Under the pieces are notes generated by a model. That model worked only from the letters and a program-made list of their open reading frames with translations, did not search any database and was not told where the DNA came from. From positions 1-36,080 of the forward strand of contig NW_021824654.1 of the NCBI RefSeq assembly GCF_006345805.1: a stretch of DNA of 36,080 nt, read 5' to 3'. Shown piece after piece: positions 14,731 through 36,080 of the stretch (position 1 is the first letter of the stretch; each line of letters opens with the position of its first letter). Position numbers and translations under genes: made by a program. Origin of the DNA: Octopus sinensis. Lineage: Eukaryota.

Positions 14731-14871
14731 TCAAATATTAACGTGTAAATTGGTGCTGCAGAATGGTTGCAATCCAAGACATATGTATATCTATTTGTCT
14801 GTTTGTCTGTCTGTCTGTCTACATACATATGAGCACATGAATACATTAATTAAAATAAATTAATGACTTAC

Positions 14872-15238
14872 CTTTGTTTCGGAATACTTTATCTAAAGCA
14901 TAGAGTGAACTCCTTCCATTCAGATGTTGTCCTTTTTTTACTAGTCCTTCCAAAATCGTTTCAGTTTTACATACAAACACGTAGTTATATGGTCCAATTT
15001 TGAGTTTAAAAATATCGCCATATTGTTTTCTGAGCTCTTTCAACATTGAATAAAAATCGGTAATGGAAAGGACGTGAAGTAGATTTCCAATTATTGGAAG
15101 AGCTCTAGGACCCGGTGGTAAATTGTAGTTAGATTTTGGTGGTGTCATAAACCATCGTATAATCAGTAAAATGACTAATCCAAATAACAAACTTTGGACA
15201 CTAACATTCTCTGTAAAAAGTAATGATGAAAAATCCAT
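14872..15238 (-). CDS. P450 gene B exon 1 (signal anchor, PPGP hinge, up to ...VFRNK/G)
   Basis: ORF MDFSSLLF...LPPGPRALPIIGNLL...LRKQYGDIFKLKIG...; 367 nt, ends at a phase-1 AAAG|GTAAGT donor that matches the phase-1 exon 2 acceptor. Confidence 0.93.
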
Positions 15239-15554
15239 AGTAGCGGTTATTGTTGCAATAATGTCTTAAGTACAACTGATTATGTTTTTCTCAACCAAGG
15301 TTTCTTAAACAAATGCCGTTAAACTCCAGTATGTAATTATACACGTCTATTAAATAGGTTAACTTTAGTAATGCATATATTATGTAATAGCTGTAAACAA
15401 CCCGATAATAACCTTGAGTTAACTAATGCTTATGTTTGCATTACTGATAACAGCACATTATATGTATTTAGTTACATCGCTATAAAAAGATTGTATTGAA
15501 TCCAAAACAATATTTTGTAACTTATTTGTTTTATTCGTCGATTTACAACAAAAG

Positions 15555-16460
15555 CTGCCTAATTTTCGAAGTAGAATCCATTGTGTTGCAGCGTCTGAAG
15601 CCACTTTTCTGTCAGTTCTTCGATCGAACGCTGATACCAGTTCTTGTCCTTCGAGGTGAAGAACTTCACTGGGGCTTCCACCTCCTCTCTGTTGATGAAG
15701 CATCGCAAGCGCAGGAAGTAGGACCATGTATCAGACCGATAATAATCCGAGGGAGCTGAGTCCAGACTATATACTGGGCGTGGCACCAGTTCGATTCCCT
15801 CAAATTCCTGGAGTTTATTCTCGGTCGTTCGAGCGGTATGAGCTTTTGCTGGCAGAAACGTTAGCACGCCGGGCGAAATGCGTAGCCGTATTTCGTCTGC
15901 CGTTACGTTCTGAGTTCAAATTCCGCCGAGGTCGACTTTGCCTTTCATCCTTTCGAGGTCGATAAATTAAGTACCAGTTATGCACTGGTGTCGATGTAAT
16001 CGATTTAATTCGTTTGTCTGTCCTTGTTTGTCCCCTCTGTGTTTAGCCCCTTGTGGGTAGTAAAGAAATAGGTATGAACTCTTGCGTTGTTTTGCTGCAG
16101 ATAAAATCGCTTTCTGTTAACCAATGCCAGGTATTTTTGCCGTACAATGGCATACACCTGTTCAAATTGTTCCGAGTACAGGTTGGCATCGATGGTTCGA
16201 TCGTGTGGAACGAACACGCAGTGAATTATTCCCTCATAATTACACAAAACACTTGGCGACAGTTTCCAGAAACTAGCCCTTGCTTTACTACTGCCTGTGC
16301 ACGTTAGGATGGTGGAAAAATATCTCCCTTGGATTATTACTTGTTCCGATCTATGAAGGAGTTCTTTGCCTTGGCGGACAAGAACAACTATCAACCTGGG
16401 ATCAAAGAAATGGCAGAAAGGTGACTCCAGACGGTGCAACACGATGGCAAAATATTGCAA
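15555..16460 (-). mobile_element. Mariner (Tc1/mariner) transposase fragments interrupted by a SINE, with an inverted C-terminal piece
   Basis: Minus strand: EGIIH..LYSEQ..RKRFYLQQNNARVH | AHTARTT..YSLDSAPSDYY. Plus strand at 16300-16460: a second YSxDxAPSDYYLFRSM-type piece. Confidence 0.8.
15848..16071 (+). mobile_element. Full-length tRNA-derived SINE with a probable 12-bp target-site duplication
   Basis: GGCAGAAACGTTAGCACGCCGGGCGAAATGC..GAGTTCAAATTCC..GCCTTTCATCCTTTCGAGGTCGATAAATTAAGTACCAG; flanks gtatgagctttt (15836-15847) and gtatgaactctt (16072-16083). Confidence 0.85.
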
Positions 16461-16936
16461 AACTTTTGACTCAACACAATATTATCTCCATATTTCTCGT
16501 CTTGGAACTACACAAAAATAAAACAAGATTATTATTGCCGGAGCTATACAACAACACTCTCACTAACTTACCGGTTATTAGTAGATTTGGTAGATCTAGT
16601 ATCTAACCACGTATCGTGATAGAATATACTTTGATCCTCGTATTTTCAATGCGTCCGTATTAACCGCTTTGAATGAATCACTTCTTATTTGGTAACTGTG
16701 TACATGTTCTATTGGAACAGTATTATACAATGGTCAAATTTTGTGGACGTCTATGTGATTAAAGTCGCTCGAATGTTTAAAATACTTTACAGGTTCGACA
16801 TGTTAAATTAGAAAAATGAGAGCGAATGGCAGTAATATAGTTACATATCATTTACCAGGTTTGAGCCAAAAGTTTTTTCGTATTTTCATTATGATTTTTG
16901 GTTATTTGTACATAATTTGTACAAATAGCCAACAAT

Positions 16937-17020
16937 CTATTTCTTTATTACCCACAAGGGGCTAAACACAGCGGGGACAAACAAGGACAGACAAACGGAT
17001 TAAGTAGATTATATCGACAC
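16937..17020 (-). mobile_element. SINE 3' tail fragment (same family as 15848-16071)
   Basis: Reverse complement of ..TTGTCTGTCCTTGTTTGTCCCC..GTGTTTAGCCCCTTGTGGGTA.TAAAGAAATAG. Confidence 0.8.
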
Positions 17021-17990
17021 CAGGTTGAGTCAAAAGCTCTTTTTCCGCATTTTCCCTGAATATTTTTGGTTATTTGTACATTATTTGTACAAATAGCCAA
17101 ATTTAGTGTCAAAAGAACTCAATGATGTGGAAATCCCAGGAAATGGCACAAAAGTGGTTCAGATGTGTCAAGGTAACTGTCATCAGCCTCGAAGACAAAC
17201 CAAGGTCAGGGAGATATTCTGTTGCGAAAGATGAGGCCTTGCTTGAAAAGTTTGAACAATGGCCTAGCACTAGTATTCGTACATTGTCGGCAGAACTTGG
17301 TCCTTCAAAACATAATCAATCGTTGTTTCCGTAAGCTCGGCTTTGGGAACAAACATTGTCAACAAAATACTCATAAACTAGCCAACGACCAGGGCTCAGC
17401 GGCCGGAAAATCCTCGTGATGCCCGTTTTTGTTTCCGAATTGTAACTGGGAATGAAAATGGATGTTTCCATAATACCAATAAGGAAAATAAGTGACTTGG
17501 TTCTGTCCAGACTTCAAAACCTGTTGTCAAACAAGGGTCATTTGAACAAAAGGTCATGTTGTGTGTCTGTGGGAAGTTGGAGGGGTTGTTGCACTTCGAG
17601 CGTGTCCCAGATGGTCATACTGTAAACATTAACCTTTATGCATAACAACTTCAGCGAGTATATAATACTTTGAGAGCCTGCAATTCGATATTGGTCAATC
17701 GAAGACGTGCATTCCTGCAGTATGACAATGCCCCTGCATACACTACCAATAGGACAAGCGCAAACTTGAGAAAGTTGAGGGGTTGGAAATGCTGCATCAC
17801 CCTATCTACAGTCCAGACCTTGCACCTTCAGATTACCCCTTTTCCGAGTCATGACTCATTTCTTGCATAGATGGTAGTTCAACAATGTGGATGAGGTTGG
17901 AAATTGGGTGTAGGGAGTTTTTAGCCTCTAAACTAGTCAAATGGTATAAGCCTCATTCTCGGGTAATGACGGATAGTTCGTCCCATATTA
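17021..17990 (+). mobile_element. Degenerate mariner element
   Basis: KWFR..SLEDKPRSGR, FRIVTGNEKW, KVMLCV, FLQYDNAPAYT, YSPDLAPSDY motifs across frames. Confidence 0.85.
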
Positions 17991-20047
17991 AGTTCAACAT
18001 CACTGACGACTATCAGCTGTCGGTTTATTATCTTACTTTCTTAATATCACATGCAACGTAGGAACGAGCTAAATTTGACCTGATAGTACGACCTGTCTGA
18101 AGGTAACACTGACTAATCACTATGATTATTAGATAGAACGTTATCTATATCTGTAAAACTGTCCTTGGACGAAAATTACATGCACGTTATCTATATCTGT
18201 AAAACTGTCCTTTGACGAAAATTGTAAGCACATTTTGCTTTGACGGTTAATGGCGGCCAAACCGAGGCAAGGATCGAGCTGAAAATTGGCAGGGATACTA
18301 AATGAGGATGAGACCTGGGATGGTTAACATTCGCAAGCTATAAAGATGTGGTTGCTATAGCAAAAAGATTGATTTTTTTATCGATTCAAGGGGGCCCAGA
18401 GCCCCTCTAGGTTTGTGCGATTGGCTTTTAATGCCCAATGGCATGCACTGCAGGCTGTTGTCCTCAATAAACATACATCTTGTCGCGAAATTCCGGCAAC
18501 TAGGAAACGATTTTTCATTGTGAATAAACGAGTGCTTTTTACCCTCATTTTCTTTTTAATCTTTTTATAAAAGTGAAAAGATTTCGTCTAATTATTTCTG
18601 CAGTCCACTTACGATGGTGATTCAGTTGACTAGGAAAACTATAATGAAGAATATCCAATACCAAACTATCTTAATCTACATATTGAAACTGCATTAAACT
18701 TTAGCAAGCTTACCTTTACCTATTCTGAGTTACTTGAACGGCGATGTTCCCTTCCCTCTCTTCTGATTATGGATACCTTTTTTTTTTACCTTTGATACCG
18801 TTGTTTCACTTTAAGGATACTTCTTTACCCAGCCATTATGATATTTCGACTGCTGTCCACTGTTTCAAATAGGCTTTAGCATTGTCATTCAGGCCTTTCT
18901 TAAACACTCACATATGATTCGTCCCAAAGAATCAACCTTTAAATAAGAGTTTTTCTTCCACTAGCGAACGCTATACATGTCTTTCAGGAAGCCCCGTACC
19001 AATTTAACTTTATGCAGCATTCGCTGTTAGTTTATGTGCACGATATGTGGGAAGATAGAATAAAGGGGGTTTTTAATTAGCTTATCTCTCCGAAAAAATA
19101 GCTCCCTTTGCTGTTGAAAAAAATAAACTCGCAGAGGGAAAGTTTCAACATCTTCAATTTCCTTACATCATTTATGTGGATGTTTCTGACAAGAAATTTC
19201 GCTTTCATGTAAAATATTTTGTAGTCATTATCCGTAATCTACTCCCAAAACACTTCAGTAGCTCTACTTTACATCGCTTGCAAACTTATATGTTCTAGGA
19301 TAATCGAAGTGCAACGACCTCCACAATAACCAGCCTTCAATTTGATTTTCCATTCCTAGGTTAATCGGAAGCAATTTGCCATGCTACACATAAACCTTCC
19401 CGGTAGTTCAATTATTTGGTGAAAAAATACCACGAAAGCATCTTAAACCGTTTAAAGGACAGGTGCGTTTGCTAGTTTACTATAAATTATAAATGTTTTA
19501 TTGGGAATTACGAGACGGATGTTCCATTATGGTATTATGGTGTTGTAAATAAATGTGGTTGGTGTATTTGGAAAATCAATAGACTAGGGCATAGCTAGTC
19601 AACAAAGGAACTTCTGTGTGGTTGGTCGACCTTCAAGAAATGACAGCTACAACTTCTGCAAGTCACTCAGATACTTCTTTTTCAGAAGAGGAAAGGCACT
19701 TTGGATAATGTCCTCCGAATCACTCTGTCCAAAAAGCAAAGCAAAAGAAAACAATATCCAAAGCAGATGGGATAATTAAGACTTAAAAAGCTTTTAACCA
19801 TAGGTCTGCTCGAACAGGCACAACCTTGAAGCAAACCAGAAACAAATCATATACTACCAGTTTAATGTAAGAAAGACGCGGGGGGAATGTAACCCCTGTG
19901 GCTTCCTGCTTCTTCGATTAAATTGAAAGAAAAGGAGACAAACAATGGGCGCAGTGGGAAGAACTTGTATGATATGTTTGTTGTATCACAACTGATCTAA
20001 ACATTGAATATTATCATCGTAATAATTTCATAATAGTTATTCATAGC

Positions 20048-20053
20048 TTTATT
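20048..20053 (-). terminator. Candidate poly(A) signal AATAAA for exon 8b
   Basis: tttatt on + strand, ~400 nt downstream of the 8b stop, in a 3' UTR homologous to that of 8a. Confidence 0.5.
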
Positions 20054-20455
20054 TTCGTTGAATTGTACAAAGGAGTATACCGCAATTAGCAAAATAGAGA
20101 AAGCCCTACATCGAGGAAATTACAATATCAAAGTTTTAAAGGAAAAGGTAAACATGACCACCACCATATTGCTCGAAGTTTTGTCTATTTCTAATCTCTA
20201 TATATCACGATGCATACCTACAGATAGTGCTCATGATATATCAGTCTAGGTATATAACCATGTGTGTCAATTTAATAAACTCTATGGAGGAATACTAAAG
20301 AAAGGAAACATAGACAAATACAATAATTCACGATCGTTGAACTGTCAGTATTCTGCGAAGAAATAGGACCTCTGCTTTCAAAGAGATGTATTTTCAGTTA
20401 TATCTAGTATACCATAAATAGGTACGCTAAAACACACATATATGACTGATGTATA

Positions 20456-20634
20456 TCACAATCCTGTTACACGGATATTATCATTCACTGGAACATAAGT
20501 GATGCCTGGTTGCTTGCCTTCTAATTTCATTGGTGCTTTTATAGGTTTTTCCAACTGAAATATCTGTAAGGTTTTTGTAAAAGTGATGAAAGCTTCCGTA
20601 TTAACCAGTGTCACTCCTGCACACATTCTTGGAC
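20456..20634 (-). CDS. Duplicated terminal exon 8b (candidate alternative last exon): (G)PRMCAGVTLVNTEAFITFTKTLQIFQLEKPIKAPMKLEGKQPGITYVPVNDNIRVTGL*
   Basis: Same 179-nt length, phase, acceptor (tgctttatttgtag|) and stop position as 8a; 35/59 aa identical; no second exon 7 lies between 8a and 8b. Usage is unproven. Confidence 0.7.
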
Positions 20635-21109
20635 CTACAAATAAAGCAGATGTTACAAATAAAACGATATACATACACATGTGCTAACATGTGATAAAAT
20701 TTGAATATATTTACACACACACACACACACACAACACACACACACAAACACACACACACATACATTCAGACACATACGTACGCACACACTCACACAATAC
20801 ATTTATAATTAAAATGTAAACATAGGTTCATTGAACAAATTTAAATATCACAGCTTTTACATTTCACTATTAATGTTTATTCATCGTACATAAGGACTAT
20901 GAGCCTGAAAATGTTTTAGAGCAGTAGTCAATGCTGTATCAAAGCTGATAAGCCGTCATTGACTTTAGTTTAGGTGTAAATATCTTTCCTTTGTGAAGTC
21001 GAACAAACTTCTCTTCATAGACACACACGTCCTGATCAACGTCAGACGTCAGAAATCGATTTTCATGAAATAACAACCAAGGTTATTGAAATACGCGTGG
21101 CGCCTTCTG

Positions 21110-21535
21110 AAAAAATTTTGACCACAAATTTTGAAAACATTTTTGAAAAAATTTTAACGAAAATTTTCTAGAAAAATTTTCAAAAAAAATTTAAGAAAAA
21201 TTAAAACCCAAATTTAGAAATATTCTTGAAAAAATTTTGACCAAAACTATCAAAAAAAAATTTTCAAAAAATTAAAAAAAATTTTGACCAAAATTTTCGA
21301 AACAATTTTTGAAAAGATTTTGACGAAAGATTTCAAAAAATTTTTTTTTAAATTCGAAAATTTTCGTCAAAATTTTTTCATAAATATTTTGAAAATTTCT
21401 GGTCAAAATTTTGACGAAAATTTTTTATAAAATTTTTGAAAAAATATTGACGAAAATTTTTGAAAAATTTTCAAAACATTTTGACGAAACATTTTTGTTA
21501 AAATTTTGACGAAAATTTTCGAAAAATCTTTGTAA
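21110..21535. repeat. Degenerate A-tract/T-tract minisatellite (AAAATTTTGACG-like units)
   Basis: Dozens of A4-5T4-5 blocks separated by GACG/CG/GA, with a locally inverted stretch near 21350-21410. Confidence 0.85.
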
Positions 21536-21552
21536 AAAGTATGTGTTTGTAT

Positions 21553-21764
21553 GCACGCCGGGCGAAATGCGTAACCGTATTTCGTCTGCCGTTACGTTCT
21601 GAGTTCAAATTCCGACGAGGTCGACTTTGCCTTTCATCCTTTCGGGGTCGATTAAATAAGTACCAGTTATGCACTGGTGTCGATGTAATCGACTTAATCC
21701 GTTTGTGATTCCTTGTTTGTCCCCTCTGTGTTTAGTCCCTTGTGGGTAGTAAAGACATAGGTAT
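21553..21764 (+). mobile_element. tRNA-derived SINE (same family as 15848-16071) followed by (CATA)n
   Basis: Close sequence match to 15848-16071. Confidence 0.85.
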
Positions 21765-21944
21765 ATGTATGTGTGTGTATACATACATACATACATACAT
21801 ACATACATACATACATACATACAACATACAAAAAAAGTACCCTGTTGTTGATGTTGAAATTCCAATGAAGGAACTTTGGATGTGGGTTAGAAGCCGGCTC
21901 TTTCTCTATTGGTAAAAAAATCTTGAAATAAAACTGATAATTGG

Positions 21945-22165
21945 TATACATACATACATACGTGCATGCATTCATGCACACATACATACATATATACATA
22001 CGTATATCGTACATGCATGCATCCATCCATACATACATACATGCATACTTACATACATATATGCATGCATGCATACATACATACATACATACATACATAC
22101 ATACATACATACATACATACATACATGCATGAATATATACGTACATACATACATACGTACTTACA
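21945..22165. repeat. (CATA)n-type microsatellite; also 21775-21825 and 24718-24820
   Basis: Seen directly. Confidence 0.95.
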
Positions 22166-22552
22166 TGCATACACAAGCACTCAAGCTCACGCGCACATTG
22201 GCGCGCAACAATGTCTCAGACAAACGCAGCTTCCATAAAAGACTAAAAATATTCATCGAACATTTTGCAAATAGCAACGAAAGATCTTTGACAAAAAAAC
22301 AAAAACAAACAAACAAACAAAAGCAAAACAGACGATTGACTGTTTAACCAAGTTAAACAAACAATCTATTAGTTAGTTGGATTTCTAACCAATTGACTAA
22401 TAAAAAAGGACCGGAATCGAGCCAGTATGTGTGTTATTACTCCTTGCATAATGTCTCTCCCTGGACACAACAAAATTTCTATCAACACACGAAATCACAA
22501 AAAGAATCTTGCAAAGCCAATACAAAAACGAAATGATAATTTATCTTATAGT

Positions 22553-22558
22553 TTTATT
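22553..22558 (-). terminator. Candidate poly(A) signal AATAAA for exon 8a
   Basis: tttatt on + strand, ~340 nt downstream of the 8a stop; at the homologous position to the 8b signal. Confidence 0.5.
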
Positions 22559-22899
22559 TGCGTAAATTATACGAAGGAGTATACAGGAATTAGCAACATA
22601 AAGAAAAGTGTAACTCAAGGAAATTACGAAGGGAAAGGAAGACATTATGACCACCATATTTCTCGAAAGTTTGTCTATTTCTGTTCTCTATATATCATGG
22701 TACATATCCGCAGATATTCCTTTTGATATACCAGCATACATATATTACCATGTGTGTCTATCTAATAATATTGTTGGAGAACTACTATGAGTGAAAGCAT
22801 AGAGAAATACTATAATTTACTATCGCGGATCTGCCAGTATTCTACGAAGAAAATTTTCCCCTACTTTCCAAAAGATATCTTCTCGCTATCCAAATTATA

Positions 22900-36017
<13,118 letters not shown>

Positions 36018-36080
36018 CTGAAACAATGAAAGTAAAAATAAGCTTTTCAAAATATCTTTTGTTTTGAAATATTTAAAACT

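Noticed and set aside
15274-15356. Core promoter of gene B (TCAGTT Inr-like at 15279-15274, TATTTAA at 15356-15350)
   Set aside because: Spacing between the two is wrong (~75 bp) and such motifs are frequent in AT-rich DNA; needs TSS data.
18650-19480. Possible very old Penelope-like RT C-terminal remnants (YLNGDVP, FPFL motifs)
   Set aside because: Too short and degenerate to call without a profile search.
20635-22899. A second exon 7, which would make 8b part of a separate paralogue
   Set aside because: I found no PERF/W or GYxIPKG-like coding sequence on either strand; the interval is 3' UTR, SINE, microsatellite and the A4T4 array.

Overview
AT-rich, microsatellite-laden animal DNA. The SINE families and repeat landscape suggest a coleoid cephalopod, probably Octopus (inference). 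The window holds a tandem array of clan-2 (CYP2-like) cytochrome P450 genes on the minus strand. Gene A: I located seven consecutive in-phase coding exons (e2-e8, 36017->22900), all with GT-AG ends, carrying WxxxR, AGTDTT, ExxR, PERW and FGSGPRMCSG; its exon 1 lies beyond the window. A second, diverged but open copy of the last (heme-binding) exon, with its own acceptor and AATAAA, lies 2.4 kb downstream (20634->20456) and is a candidate alternative terminal exon. Gene B has an intact exon 1 (15238->14872), a 13-kb TE-filled intron 1 and a frameshifted exon 2 (1793->1571). Inside that exon, gene B switches abruptly from clearly diverged to 99.6% identical to gene A (1-1638 vs 34222-35859), which points to a hybrid gene, gene conversion or an assembly join. 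The introns contain Penelope-like elements of several types, R4/Dong and CR1-type LINEs, mariner fragments, tRNA-derived SINEs, several fold-back structures, a phased A4T4 array and a ~354-bp tandem array with hammerhead-ribozyme-like motifs. All alignments and counts were done by hand; no database searches were run.
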